Below are positions 20,500 through 30,879 of a DNA stretch of 64,000 nt, piece after piece (the stretch's first letter is position 1; every line of letters starts with the position of its first letter). Both the position numbers and the translations under genes were made by a program. Origin of the DNA: an uncultured Lentisphaerales bacterium (GTDB lineage: Bacteria; Verrucomicrobiota; Lentisphaeria; JABSQK01; UBA12247); assembly GCA_943788985.1 (NCBI GenBank), contig CALSSJ010000027.1, positions 10,184-74,183 on the forward strand. The letters run 5' to 3'. Below the pieces are notes generated by a model. That model saw only the letters and a list, made by a program, of their open reading frames with translations. It was not told where the DNA came from and ran no database searches.

Positions 20500-22887
20500 C
20501 TACTCGCTCGGCTCTTCGAGCAGCCGCGCTGGGTCGAGCCAGTTTTGGTCGAAGTACTCGTGGTTGAACGAGTCCTTAGTCTGCGGCTTCGGGTTGCCGT
20601 AGATGTCGGCCATTTCCATGTCGAAGAGATCCTCGAAGTAGCGCGCCTCCAGATGGACCTTGGGCCCCAGAGTCGCACCGGTCTTGCCCATCTTCCCCAT
20701 TTGCGTCTTGCCCTTTTCCACGGTGTCTCCTCGGACCACCAGCGGTCGCTCCTGCAAGTGCGCGTAGAGCGTGTATATCTGCCGGCCACCGTAGCGTTTC
20801 GCGTGTTTCACCACGACCGCGTATCCGTCCTGCTTAAACTCTAGCGAGGTTGGGTCCTCGACTGTCTGCACCACCACACCGTCGCCAATCGAGAACACCG
20901 GACTACCCTCCCGGCCCTCCAAGTCCAGGCCGGCTTGGACCACCTCGCGCACTTCCGTGTGTTCCCGCTTGGAGCGCTTCCCGGTCGGGCTCATATCTAC
21001 CAGGGTCTGGTCCTTATAGTAGCGCCGGTGCCAGGCCCCGAACCCGTACTCACGGGACGGTCTGGACGTTGGGCAGACCACCGATGACACCGTGGTCGAG
21101 ATTGCGCGAGTTGTTGCGTTTGCTCCAGCTGCCGTGGCGAGCGGCACGGCCGTGATTGGTTGTGCCGCAGCCGCGATAAGTGGCGCCGTCGTTGCGGAGT
21201 TCGCAACCTCGCGAGCAACTGGCGGTTCGGCCACCGCCGCAAGCTCGCTGGCAGATCCAGTCCAAGACTTGCCGCCGATCACCACGTGCTTGACGTTTAC
21301 GATCCGCCAGGGCAGCTTGCTGTCCTTCACTGCTTTGATCACCAAGGTGTAGCGGTCTCCTTCTTCGGCACGGCTGCCCGCCAACTGATAGGTGATCTCG
21401 ACGTGCTCGCGGCTCACAATACGAAAGGTCGGCACCCGTGAATCAAACTCCAGCCCGCTCAGTGACTTGCCTTGCTTCGGGTCCCAACGCCCGAGCCGGC
21501 GCAGAAAGGCCAGCACTTGAGCAGAGGACTCCACTTTCCGGTCAATCGGATCGAGACGATGTGCAGAAGGCCCTAAGTCCCGCATGTACTGGAAATTCTC
21601 GTAAAGCTTGTTGAAGTACTCTTTGCGAAAGGGCTTCCAGCTCTCGCGATCGAGCGCTGTCAGAGCCGCCACATAGGGCGCGCCTGCGCTTGGGTTCACA
21701 TTCTTGAGAACCCTCTCTAGGGCACTGCTTAACATCGGCACTGCCGCCTCTGCCCGCAGGTCCACTAGCGCACCCGCAATGCACAGATAGGGCTCCTCTG
21801 CCATCCGGCGGTGCGCGTCACTTTCTTGCGCTGCCAGGCCAATTACTTCTGCCAGCTTCGCCTTGAGCCCCGCGGGGTCGCCCTGGACCAGTAGCTGCGT
21901 GGCCTCACATACCGCCGCGGGATCAGCCTCGGCGTGGTGGTTCACCAGCTTCTCGATGACACTCAGCGGCGACCTAAATCCCGCGCGCTTCGGCCATGGG
22001 TACGCTTTCTTGGAGCCCTCGGTGATAGGCCGGGCCGCGTCCAGCGCCCGCTTAGCAGCCACCAGCGCCTCGCCCCATTGCTGCTCCTTGGCCAAGTCCA
22101 CTGCCTTGAGGAAGGAAACATTGGCAGCCATCTCAGGGGACAGCGTGGCATCTCCGCCCAGAGACGCAGCGTGCGCCAAATGTTTTTCCGCGTCCTCCCA
22201 GGTACCCGTCTTCATCGCCGAGTCGGCAGCAATCCTCGAAATTTTAGCCTGCGCCCCCATCATCTTCTTGCGCAGGTCCAAGCTGTCGTGTGCCCACAGC
22301 TTTACGAGCTCAGCCAAGTCATAAGCCGCCTGATAGGCCTGGGCTTGAGCGGCTTCTTCTACGCGCTTCACCAGGGTCTGGGCGAAGGCGTTGCGATTCA
22401 CCCAGAACCGTAATCCCTCCCCGAGTTGGTACGGCCCCGGCGGCAAGGGACCGCGCGGCTCGATAATGATCATCTCTGGCTGGCCCCGGACAGGCCGTGT
22501 GCGCACGGGCACCAAGTTACGAATAACCGGCAGCGATGCTTGAAACTGCGGGCTGCCCGCAGGCGGTAGCCGATGCCGCTCGTGCCAGTCTGGCCACGGC
22601 ATCTCATCACCCGTCTCGCTGCGCCGGTCAAGCATCAGAAAGGCAAGATTATCTGCATCTGCCGCCAGCAGCACGCTCTTGTGGTGATACAGAAACTGCA
22701 CGGCAGAAGGCAGCTCACCCGGGGCATCTTGGAGGTCGATGAGTGTGTCGCCCTGAATCGCGTACAAGCCGTAATAGGTGGGCAGCTCAAAGGGAAATTC
22801 ACGTGTTTCTGGTGCGTCTTGCTGGAAGTTGCCGCAGCCTGCCAACAAGGCAGTCAGCAGCGCGAGTGCAGTAAATCTGGCGATCAT
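20500..22887 (-). CDS. Large lipoprotein with helical-repeat-like middle and C-terminal degenerate M23/LytM domain
   Basis: Lipobox LLAGC after MIARF (ATG 22887 overlaps the upstream stop); GLDL..REGSPV.SIGDGVV, TLYAHL, V..GD.V.KG, GPKVHLE. Confidence 0.75.
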   Translation of the reverse strand: MIARFTALALLTALLAGCGNFQQDAPETREFPFELPTYYGLYAIQGDTLIDLQDAPGELPSAVQFLYHHKSVLLAADADNLAFLMLDRRSETGDEMPWPDWHERHRLPPAGSPQFQASLPVIRNLVPVRTRPVRGQPEMIIIEPRGPLPPGPYQLGEGLRFWVNRNAFAQTLVKRVEEAAQAQAYQAAYDLAELVKLWAHDSLDLRKKMMGAQAKISRIAADSAMKTGTWEDAEKHLAHAASLGGDATLSPEMAANVSFLKAVDLAKEQQWGEALVAAKRALDAARPITEGSKKAYPWPKRAGFRSPLSVIEKLVNHHAEADPAAVCEATQLLVQGDPAGLKAKLAEVIGLAAQESDAHRRMAEEPYLCIAGALVDLRAEAAVPMLSSALERVLKNVNPSAGAPYVAALTALDRESWKPFRKEYFNKLYENFQYMRDLGPSAHRLDPIDRKVESSAQVLAFLRRLGRWDPKQGKSLSGLEFDSRVPTFRIVSREHVEITYQLAGSRAEEGDRYTLVIKAVKDSKLPWRIVNVKHVVIGGKSWTGSASELAAVAEPPVAREVANSATTAPLIAAAAQPITAVPLATAAGANATTRAISTTVSSVVCPTSRPSREYGFGAWHRRYYKDQTLVDMSPTGKRSKREHTEVREVVQAGLDLEGREGSPVFSIGDGVVVQTVEDPTSLEFKQDGYAVVVKHAKRYGGRQIYTLYAHLQERPLVVRGDTVEKGKTQMGKMGKTGATLGPKVHLEARYFEDLFDMEMADIYGNPKPQTKDSFNHEYFDQNWLDPARLLEEPSE

Positions 22888-23510
22888 CGGGCGACCAAAC
22901 GAATTTGCGGTGGAGTGTGAAGAAAGGCTGGATCCTTGTTGGCATCGAAGACCCAACGGACGGCCTTGCCACGTTTAAACGGTGCGCTCGTCGCGATCAC
23001 TTCATTCGGGACCTCGATCGTGAGGTCCAAGCGCATGCCCGCGACGAGACTTTCGATGTGCTTTGCGGTCGGCTTGTGCGGCGCCATCACCGGGGCATCC
23101 GGTGTTTTTTCTGGGCCCGGCAGGTCCAGCGTGATCTCCATGCCTTCGGCCGTTGTCACCACCTTGAAGCCACCGAGGATAGTGGTCGCCAGCGCGGCCT
23201 TGGCGTCTTTCATTTTTCCTTCCAGGCGCAGGTAGTACTTCCCATCTCGCTGAAAAACCCGGCAGGTCTCCAGCTCGATCGACGGCTCTTCGCTGCAGAT
23301 GGCTCCCATCGTGCCAGGATCCAGCCACTGGGTCCAGCGCGAGTCTTGGGCGTGGGTCCGATAGACCCCAGCCGGGATTGCCCCAGTCACCGTAAACGTC
23401 CCGGTGTTGTCCTCATGCAGGACAATTTCCTGGCGTAGATCCACACAACCGCTGCAGAATAAGGCGGCGAGGGCGATCAAGATGTGGGCGTTCAGGGCGT
23501 GGCGATCCAT
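22884..23510 (-). CDS. Putative lipoprotein (LppM/DUF3153-like)
   Basis: Lipobox-like CSGC followed by VDLRQEIVLHEDNTG. Confidence 0.55.
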   Translation of the reverse strand: MDRHALNAHILIALAALFCSGCVDLRQEIVLHEDNTGTFTVTGAIPAGVYRTHAQDSRWTQWLDPGTMGAICSEEPSIELETCRVFQRDGKYYLRLEGKMKDAKAALATTILGGFKVVTTAEGMEITLDLPGPEKTPDAPVMAPHKPTAKHIESLVAGMRLDLTIEVPNEVIATSAPFKRGKAVRWVFDANKDPAFLHTPPQIRLVAR

Positions 23511-24133
23511 TGCTTCTGCATGCGTTCGACAAGTTGTATCAGCTGTGGATTTGCCCAGAGTCCTTTCCCGGCGTCCCGTGCTGTTTGCTCGGCTGTACGA
23601 TAGCTGTCAAGCGTGTCCTCTGCGAGCGCGTCCGTAGGATAGAACATAACAAGCCCTTCATACAGCAACGCCAGCCCCACTGAGCCCCCCCTGGGATCTG
23701 CCTCCGTCGGCAACAAATGCAGCCTGCCCAAGAGGCGATATCGCTTGTCAGTTTTTTGGTGGCCGGTCCGCAATCTCGCTTCGCGCCCCTTCACATGCTC
23801 GGTCAGGTAGTTCGCCGCCAACTGGCCCATCAGTGCCGCCTGTGGGTGATCCGCATCCACGGCGAAGGATTTGACCCCCGCCAGCCGCATCGTTGTTCGC
23901 TGCTGGTAAAAGTTCTCCACTTCCAGCTCATCCCCATCCTTGACGTGTGCGATCTGCAGGACATCAGTGTCGTAGAAGCCCGGGCCCCCGACCCAAGTCA
24001 TCTCCCGCTCCTCCGGAGGCGTATTGTCTTGGAACAGCAAGATCCACAGCGTCATCCCGATGAAGGTCAGAAAGAGGCCGCGGTCGATCCACTTGCGCAC
24101 CTTCGGGTTCCGTAAGATATCGACGACCATCAT
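23492..24133 (-). CDS. Thermonuclease (SNase)-family membrane-anchored protein
   Basis: N-terminal TM, VKDGD, MRLAGV, DKRYRLL, L..GL, EQTARDAGKGLWA. Confidence 0.7.
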   Translation of the reverse strand: MMVVDILRNPKVRKWIDRGLFLTFIGMTLWILLFQDNTPPEEREMTWVGGPGFYDTDVLQIAHVKDGDELEVENFYQQRTTMRLAGVKSFAVDADHPQAALMGQLAANYLTEHVKGREARLRTGHQKTDKRYRLLGRLHLLPTEADPRGGSVGLALLYEGLVMFYPTDALAEDTLDSYRTAEQTARDAGKGLWANPQLIQLVERMQKQWIATP

Positions 24134-24516
24134 AGCGCACTTTCCAGCGTGCGCAGGATCTCGACATGCGGCGTCGACGTCGCCGCCAGCGTCACGAGTC
24201 CGGCTCCGCAGACAGCAAGGCTGGCCCAGAGCACTAGCGCCTTGCTCAGGGCCAGCCCGATCCGCTGATCGTAGACCACCAGCAGATCCTCCAGAACCTC
24301 CACCAGCAGCCGGTCGACTCTGGCACTTTCCGCGATCTCCAGCAGCGCTTCGCTCACCGCAACACTGCGCGTCCCCGCTTCCAGCAACGCCAGATGTTCC
24401 TCATGAAACATCGGCAGCTCTGCCGCCGCTTCCGCCAAACTCCGCCCCGCTTGCAGCCCCGTCTCGAGCAGCGCGCTCAGTTGTTCGCACAGCTGTTCCA
24501 ACCGCATTGCCTTCAC
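24130..24516 (-). CDS. Small type II secretion F / PilC-like domain protein
   Basis: QLSALLETGL..SL.EA, LLEAGTRS...EAL..IA, C-terminal TM; single domain only. Confidence 0.5.
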   Translation of the reverse strand: MKAMRLEQLCEQLSALLETGLQAGRSLAEAAAELPMFHEEHLALLEAGTRSVAVSEALLEIAESARVDRLLVEVLEDLLVVYDQRIGLALSKALVLWASLAVCGAGLVTLAATSTPHVEILRTLESAL

Positions 24517-25370
24517 TGGCCTGCCGACTGCCAGCGTTCGGCAATATCCGGCGGGATCAGGACCCGGTACGGCTCGTTGCCATGTCGCGCCCGCAACACC
24601 GTAGTCGCCCACAGCTCCGTCCCGATGCGTCCGAGCGGATACAAGAACTTGAGACCCCGGGTCTTCAGGTAAAACCGCAGCTTCTTCTTGATCCGCTCAT
24701 GCTCCACCACCCGCAGCAGATCCGGCGCCGCATTCTCGCGACCGCTGGCCGGGTCCACCTCAGCTCCCGGCGCGATCAGCGAGACCACTCGCTCCACAAA
24801 CGCTGGATTGCCCTGCTCCACCAAAAACTCAAACGGAATCACATGCACACGATCCGCGCCAAACTCCGCCTGATAGCGTGCTGCGGTGTCCGCAAAACTC
24901 TCTAGCGGGTCCTCAAAAAATGCCTCGATAGGTTCAGACGTTTTTGCTCCCCGATACAACATTTTGTAGCGAGACTTTACCCAGCTCAGCAGCTCCCGCG
25001 TGACCATCAGGATCTCCGCCTGTGGATAAGCCTTGCGGATGTTGGCCATGATCATATCGTTTCGCAGCAAATAGCGGCTCCCATCCAGACGGTTGTACTC
25101 GAAGAACACCCTGTTGAACTCTTCGAACAACAGTTCCACGTAGTCCTCGCAAGAGATGATCAGGTGGTCCGCTCCGCTTGGGTTCACCACGTGTCGCGCC
25201 ACAGCAGCGCGCAGTTCCTCTGCTTCCACATCCCGCCGCAGGAAGATAAACTTGTCCTCCAACGGCGCAAAGGCCAAGTTGGAAAAGTTGCCAAGCTGCG
25301 GAAACACCTTTTTCTGCAGATAGGTGCTCGCGCATTTCGGGTAGCCGATGTGAATAAATACACGTGTCAT
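24513..25370 (-). CDS. Sulfotransferase-family protein
   Basis: IHIGYPKCASTYLQ (PAPS-binding loop), ISCE, R...SW..S.Y; ATG 25370 overlaps the upstream stop. Confidence 0.75.
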   Translation of the reverse strand: MTRVFIHIGYPKCASTYLQKKVFPQLGNFSNLAFAPLEDKFIFLRRDVEAEELRAAVARHVVNPSGADHLIISCEDYVELLFEEFNRVFFEYNRLDGSRYLLRNDMIMANIRKAYPQAEILMVTRELLSWVKSRYKMLYRGAKTSEPIEAFFEDPLESFADTAARYQAEFGADRVHVIPFEFLVEQGNPAFVERVVSLIAPGAEVDPASGRENAAPDLLRVVEHERIKKKLRFYLKTRGLKFLYPLGRIGTELWATTVLRARHGNEPYRVLIPPDIAERWQSAGQ

Positions 25371-26392
25371 CGGTAGATCTCGTCTTGCCAGATATAGGGG
25401 TGAGTCAGCTCGCGCCCCAGAGTGACGTCGGCCATAAAAGCCGCCACGCGGGCTCCGCAAAAATGGGTGTGATAATGCCGATGCCCAGCCTCCGCTACGG
25501 CCTGCCGCCGGGCGTCATCCGCCTGAAACGCGCGGCACTGCTTCACCAGGTCGCCCTTACCCTTGAAGAACGCCGCCTGATCGTCACTAAAAAAGCGCCG
25601 CATCTCGCCCTGATCCCAGAGAAACGTCAGCAGCCCATTTCCCATCATTTGCGAGATTCGCGCGCTCGAATACAGGGGCCAGCCCTCGAACCGATTCAGA
25701 TTTAGCCCCATCTTGCTGCTGGCCATCACCGCATCATAGCCCTGGCCCCAAACCGCGGCCTTGCCATGCATCCCGAACGAGTCAAAGCGCATTTCGTTTG
25801 CGAACTCCGCATGCAGATCTCGCACCAGCGGGTAGCGGTCATCCGTCGGATTTCCCACGCCGCAGAACACCAAGTCACGCTCAAATGCGGACTTCGCAAA
25901 GTTTTGCTGGTCCTCTACCGCAGGATCCGTTGGATTCGGAATAAACGCCACCACGTTCTTGCCCGTACAGAATTGCTTCAGAGCATCGCCGCCGGTGCTG
26001 ACGAACAGCCCGTCGCAGCTGTGCATGCGTTCGCGAATGCGCGCCACATTTCGCTCTTCCCACAGCGGGTCCACGTTGCGATAGGCAATCTTCACCTGCG
26101 GGCAAACCTCGCGGATGCGCGCCAGAGTCTCATTGCGGATCATGTCACAATGCCCCAGAATCACGAGATCCGGTACGAAGTTCGCACAGGTCTCGACCAG
26201 CCGTTTGTTGGCCTTAACGATTCCCAACGTACGAATCCCCAGCGGCGCTTCGTACCGCGCGATATCCCGCTCGCTGAACTCGCAGACTCGCCAATTATTA
26301 CGGATCATACCGTGAAACAGCTTACGCCCGGTGGACACCTTGAGGCGTCCATAGCGGCGAATCTGCAGATTGTCCACGTGGACAACTCTCAC
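25367..26392 (-). CDS. Glycosyltransferase (GT-B, CgeB/Glyco_trans_1_2-like)
   Basis: SKMGLNLNR...YSS.RI..MGNG, RQAVAEAG..Y C-terminal motif. Confidence 0.75.
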   Translation of the reverse strand: MRVVHVDNLQIRRYGRLKVSTGRKLFHGMIRNNWRVCEFSERDIARYEAPLGIRTLGIVKANKRLVETCANFVPDLVILGHCDMIRNETLARIREVCPQVKIAYRNVDPLWEERNVARIRERMHSCDGLFVSTGGDALKQFCTGKNVVAFIPNPTDPAVEDQQNFAKSAFERDLVFCGVGNPTDDRYPLVRDLHAEFANEMRFDSFGMHGKAAVWGQGYDAVMASSKMGLNLNRFEGWPLYSSARISQMMGNGLLTFLWDQGEMRRFFSDDQAAFFKGKGDLVKQCRAFQADDARRQAVAEAGHRHYHTHFCGARVAAFMADVTLGRELTHPYIWQDEIYR

Positions 26393-26507
26393 TCTCGGGA
26401 CTCCTCAGCCTCGTAAGGCGCAGCAAGATCGGGGGGATGCGTAACGGTATGGTACAGCATGAGCCGCTGAGTACCAGCGACAGACCCTGCGCGCAACAAA
26501 GCTAGGC

Positions 26508-27737
26508 TCAGCCGAACGTGTGTAGGACCAAGCCGTCGCGAAGCTTCGGCTCGAACCAAGTCGACTTCGGGGGCATGATCTCGCCGCAATCCGCAATTGC
26601 CATCAGTTGCTCCACAGAAACCGGATACATCGAGAACGCCACCGCAGCGCGGCCTGACTCCACATGTTTCACCAGGCGATCCGTGCCGTGAATGCCGCCG
26701 ATGAATTCGATGCGGTCGTTGGTACGCGGATCGTCGATGCTCAGCAGTGGCGACAGCAAGCGATCTTGCAGCACGCTGACGTCCAGGCATTCGGCCGGAG
26801 AGCCGGAGATAGCTTCGCGAGGCGTCAGCGCATACCAGGACTCCCCCAGGTACATGTGCACGCAGCCAGCGGCATCAGGCTCAGTCTCGATCGTTTCGCT
26901 GCAGTCAAACGCCTCGGTGACCGCTGCCAAAAAGTCATCATGGCTGTGCCCATTCAGATCGTGCACAATCCGGTTATATGCCAGCACCGCGAGCTCTTGG
27001 CCGGGGAAGATGACCGCCAGAAAACGATTGTACGCCTCAGCGCCGGTGTGATTGGGGTTCGCTGCCCGGCAGGCCTCACGCACGCGGCTTGCGCACTTCG
27101 CACGATGATGGCCGTCGGCCACGTAGGTTGCATCGACGCCCTCGAAATGGGCCACGTACCACACGGACGCTTCTTCGCTCAGCCGCCAGACCTGATGCAG
27201 CACGCCGTCGGGAGCGGTGAAATCGAACAGGGGTGCGCCTTCACGCTCCGCGTTCAGCTTCTCAGCCAGCGTTCCGTTGTCGCGACAAGCCAGGAATACC
27301 GGCCCCGTGTGCGCCCTGATCGCCATCGTGTGGGCCGTGCGGTCATCCTCTTTCTGCTTACGCGTCTTCTCGTGCTTCTTGATCCGGTCGGCGTCATAGT
27401 CATCTACCGCGGCCGCCACGACCAAGCCAGTTTGGCGATGACCATCCATCACCTGAGAATAGGCATACAAGCAGGGCTGGTCTTCGCGGCCCAATGGCGC
27501 CTCGGCCGTGATTTTTGCTAGGTTCGCTGCGGCCAGCGCGTAGACCTCGTCGCTATACGCATTGGCCGAGTCGGCCAACTCCAACTCAGAGCGGGATACC
27601 CGCAGAAAGCTGAGGGGGAACCCTTCTGCTTGCTGGCGTGCTTCAGAGCGATCTACCACGTCATAAGGAACTGCTGCGATCTCCGCAACCTTACCGACCG
27701 GAGGAAGAAGCGCACGAAACGGGGCTATCGCAATCAT
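26508..27737 (-). CDS. DUF1015 family protein
   Basis: PYDV, IKKHEKT, YVADGHHR, IMPPKSTWFEPKLRDGL. Confidence 0.9.
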   Translation of the reverse strand: MIAIAPFRALLPPVGKVAEIAAVPYDVVDRSEARQQAEGFPLSFLRVSRSELELADSANAYSDEVYALAAANLAKITAEAPLGREDQPCLYAYSQVMDGHRQTGLVVAAAVDDYDADRIKKHEKTRKQKEDDRTAHTMAIRAHTGPVFLACRDNGTLAEKLNAEREGAPLFDFTAPDGVLHQVWRLSEEASVWYVAHFEGVDATYVADGHHRAKCASRVREACRAANPNHTGAEAYNRFLAVIFPGQELAVLAYNRIVHDLNGHSHDDFLAAVTEAFDCSETIETEPDAAGCVHMYLGESWYALTPREAISGSPAECLDVSVLQDRLLSPLLSIDDPRTNDRIEFIGGIHGTDRLVKHVESGRAAVAFSMYPVSVEQLMAIADCGEIMPPKSTWFEPKLRDGLVLHTFG

Positions 27738-27891
27738 AAGATGCCTTGAGCTGGGGAATCGGGAAAAGCCGGTTAATGTCGCCGCTCAACCGAACGGATC
27801 AAGGTGGACACTGCGATCCTCCCAATTACCTTGCAGATCGCGCCTGAGCTGGCAGAGTGATGCTTGGCTAACCCCTTTTATGAGGATCGCT

Positions 27892-29802
27892 ATGTTTGGC
27901 TTCTACCGAGTGGCCGCGGCTGTGCCGGCCTTGGCACTTGCGGACCCCGCAGAAAACGCACGAAGATGCGCAGAATTGACAGCGCAGGCGCATCAGAACG
28001 GCGCTGCGCTCGTCGTCTTTCCTGAATGTGCCCTGACCGGCTATACCTGCGCAGACCTGTTCGACTCCAGTACGCTGCAAGACGCAGCCGTGGACGGGCT
28101 GCACGCCTACTGCGCCGCCACCAGCACCTACGACATCATCACTGCCATTGGCCTGCCGCTGCTGGCCAACGGCCGCCTCTACAACTGCGCGGTCGTTACC
28201 CGCCGGGGAGAAATCCTGGGCGTGGTCCCAAAATCCTTCCTCCCTGTCTACCGCGAATTCTACGAGCCGCGCTGGTTCGAGTCCGGTGCCGACATTCGCA
28301 ACCGAACCATCCGTATCGGCAAGATTGCCGACGTGCCCTTTGGTGTGGACCTGCTCTTCGAGACCGACGATTGGTCCTTCGGCATCGAGCTCTGCGAAGA
28401 CCTCTGGAACGTGATCCCGCCGAGCAGCGCCCAGGCGCTCGCGGGTGCGACCGTGCTCTTGAATCTCTCGGCCAGCCACGAACTGGTCGCCAAGTCCGAG
28501 TACCGGCGCCAGCTTGTGACGGGCCAGAGCGCGCGCTGCATCGCGGCCTACGTCTACGCCTCCAGCGGAGTCGGGGAATCCACCACCGACCTCGTCTTCG
28601 GAGGCCATGCCATGATCGCCGAAAACGGTGCGATCCTCGCCCAGAACACCCGGTTTCAGCGTGAGGCAGATCTGCTCTGTGCAGACATCGACTGTGCCCG
28701 GCTCGCTGCCATTCGTCGCACCGAAAGCTCCTTCGCTGCCAATCAAGAGCCCGTCGTGCGGCGGATTGCCGTCGGCCCCGTCGCTGGTGTCAGCTCGGAA
28801 AACCTGCAGCGCCGCATCGATCCCGCGCCCTTTGTGCCAAGCGACCCCATCCAGCGCGAAACCCGCTGCCAGGAAATCTTCAGCATCCAGAGCGCAGGCC
28901 TCGCCCGGCGCCTTTCGCATACCGGCTGCAAACGCCTGGTCATCGGCGTCTCCGGCGGGTTGGACTCCACCCTCGCCATACTCGTCGCCCATCGCACGCT
29001 TGAGCAACTCAAGCTTCCAGCGGAAAACCTGATCGCCGTCACCATGCCTGGCTTTGGCACCAGCTCTCGCACCTACGATAACGCCGTTGAGCTCTGCAAC
29101 GGGCTGCGGGCAGATCTGCGCGAGATCGACATCACCGCCGCCTGTCGCCAACACTTCCGCGACATCGGTCACGACCCCGACGTCCACGACGTCACCTACG
29201 AGAATGTCCAGGCGCGCGAGCGCACCCAACTGCTGATGGACATCGCAAATCGCGAGGGCGCGCTTGTCGTCGGCACTGGCGACCTGTCCGAGATTGCCCT
29301 TGGTTGGTGCACCTACAACGGCGATCACATGTCGATGTACGCCGTAAACACCAGCGTCCCCAAGACTCTCATCCAGTACGTCATTTGTTGGGAAGCCGAC
29401 CGGGAATCTGCGGAAACCGCAGCCACCCTACGCGACATCCTCGACACCCCAATCAGTCCGGAACTCCTGCCCCCGGATCCCGACGGGGAGATTGCCCAGC
29501 GGACCGAAGACGTCATTGGCCCCTACGCCCTCCACGATTTTTTCCTCTACCACGCCCAAAAGTACGGCGCTTCTCCGGACAAGATCCAGATGTTAGCCAG
29601 CCACGCCTTCGCCGGGCGCTACGAAAATGCGGACATCGCAAAATGGCTTGCTGTCTTTTTCCGGCGTTTTTTTTCGCAGCAGTTCAAGCGCAGCTGCATG
29701 CCTGACGGCCCCAAGGTCGGTGGCATCAGTCTCTCGCCTCGCGGCGACTGGCGCATGCCCTCCGACGCCCGCGCTACTGCCTGGCAGGAGCCTTCATCGT
29801 AG
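27892..29802 (+). CDS. nadE: Glutamine-dependent NAD(+) synthetase
   Basis: Nitrilase domain (FPE, PK..LP.YREFYE, ELCEDLW) plus GVSGGLDST, YENVQARERT, GTGDLSE, QFKRSC.PDGPKVG. Confidence 0.95.
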   Translation: MFGFYRVAAAVPALALADPAENARRCAELTAQAHQNGAALVVFPECALTGYTCADLFDSSTLQDAAVDGLHAYCAATSTYDIITAIGLPLLANGRLYNCAVVTRRGEILGVVPKSFLPVYREFYEPRWFESGADIRNRTIRIGKIADVPFGVDLLFETDDWSFGIELCEDLWNVIPPSSAQALAGATVLLNLSASHELVAKSEYRRQLVTGQSARCIAAYVYASSGVGESTTDLVFGGHAMIAENGAILAQNTRFQREADLLCADIDCARLAAIRRTESSFAANQEPVVRRIAVGPVAGVSSENLQRRIDPAPFVPSDPIQRETRCQEIFSIQSAGLARRLSHTGCKRLVIGVSGGLDSTLAILVAHRTLEQLKLPAENLIAVTMPGFGTSSRTYDNAVELCNGLRADLREIDITAACRQHFRDIGHDPDVHDVTYENVQARERTQLLMDIANREGALVVGTGDLSEIALGWCTYNGDHMSMYAVNTSVPKTLIQYVICWEADRESAETAATLRDILDTPISPELLPPDPDGEIAQRTEDVIGPYALHDFFLYHAQKYGASPDKIQMLASHAFAGRYENADIAKWLAVFFRRFFSQQFKRSCMPDGPKVGGISLSPRGDWRMPSDARATAWQEPSS

Positions 29803-29842
29803 TGGTTTAGGGAATAAGATTCTGTGGCGGAAACTGTTCGAA

Positions 29843-29890
29843 AATCGACTCGAGTCGGTTCCCATCGATAGCAGTCGACTCGAGTCGACT
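29843..29890. promoter_or_regulatory. Pair of 18-bp palindromes, 30 bp apart centre-to-centre; candidate tandem operator
   Basis: AATCGACTCGAGTCGGTT (29843-29860) and perfect AGTCGACTCGAGTCGACT (29873-29890). Confidence 0.45.
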
Positions 29891-30020
29891 TATTTGTGCC
29901 CGTTCATCCATTCGCCTCAGGAGGCGTGCTGATGGCGCTCAGTTTCTCAGGTTGAAAAGTTCATCCGGGTGTGCACTATCTGGAAAGCGGGTTGATGTGT
30001 TATAAAAGATCGGAGAAGTA

Positions 30021-30449
30021 ATGAAGGCTGTCGCCATTTTCAGGGTTCTATTTCTTGTTGCGTCGTGCGGTAAGGATTCCAAGGAGAAGAGCGCGCGCAA
30101 GTCGGAGCTAACGACCGAGCGTCGCGCTCCAAAACCGATCAAGCCCAACAATAGGCAGACGCTGCACCCGGACGTTTTAGCATTTTGTCAGACTTCTCGT
30201 GACACGGTCAGCGAGTTTAAGAGGGTCGTGGAGCGGGATTCAAAATTCTACAGCTCTGGCTCTAAGAAGGAGGCAGAGGGATTGGGCACCCTGATGGGAA
30301 GCGTCGCGGCGGCACTTGTAGAGTATGATCTGAAGTCTGCCAAGGACCGCGCCCAAAAGGCGTTGGATAAGATGATCGATATTCCAGAGCTCAAGAAGCG
30401 GGCGGACAGAATAACCGGCGTTCTTGAGGGCATCATCGCAGCCGAGTAG
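30021..30449 (+). CDS. Hypothetical protein, possible lipoprotein
   Basis: GGAG RBS, signal with VASC; sequence looks more AT-rich than its neighbours. Confidence 0.5.
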   Translation: MKAVAIFRVLFLVASCGKDSKEKSARKSELTTERRAPKPIKPNNRQTLHPDVLAFCQTSRDTVSEFKRVVERDSKFYSSGSKKEAEGLGTLMGSVAAALVEYDLKSAKDRAQKALDKMIDIPELKKRADRITGVLEGIIAAE

Positions 30450-30879
30450 CGGTGCCTTTTGTCGACGACGGCACCATGGTTTACGATTCGGAGGCTGACT
30501 TGCCACAGCTGTGACACACCCCGGGTAAGAAGATCCCGATGGGCCGGCCGCTGAGGTCTTTTGGGGGATGTCTGCTAGTCTCTCAAAGCCGAGACGCGTT
30601 GAGATTCGGTCGATGGGCAGGAACCAACAAGTAGTCGCGGCGTCATGCGGCCCCGTGATGCGACGAAGGCAACGGTTGAACCTGTGCAGCCCTTTGGGGC
30701 GCCCGGCCGGTGGGCAATCCTTGGAACGCGAGCTCATCCTGCTGTGGTAGAATGGTAGGCTCGCTGGTGCCACTAGACGAACGCCGGGCTTTGCTGTGCT
30801 TACGTGCCATGCGGCCGATCTGCGAACCCCGCGCCGCGCACACCCGCCAGCGGTGGGCCTGGGCGTGGGAGTTGGGGAA

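Noticed and set aside
27868..29328. 486-aa antisense ORF
   Set aside because: Shadow of nadE.
30450..30879. Short ORFs between the orphan gene and the methyltransferase
   Set aside because: No recognisable motif or RBS in any frame.
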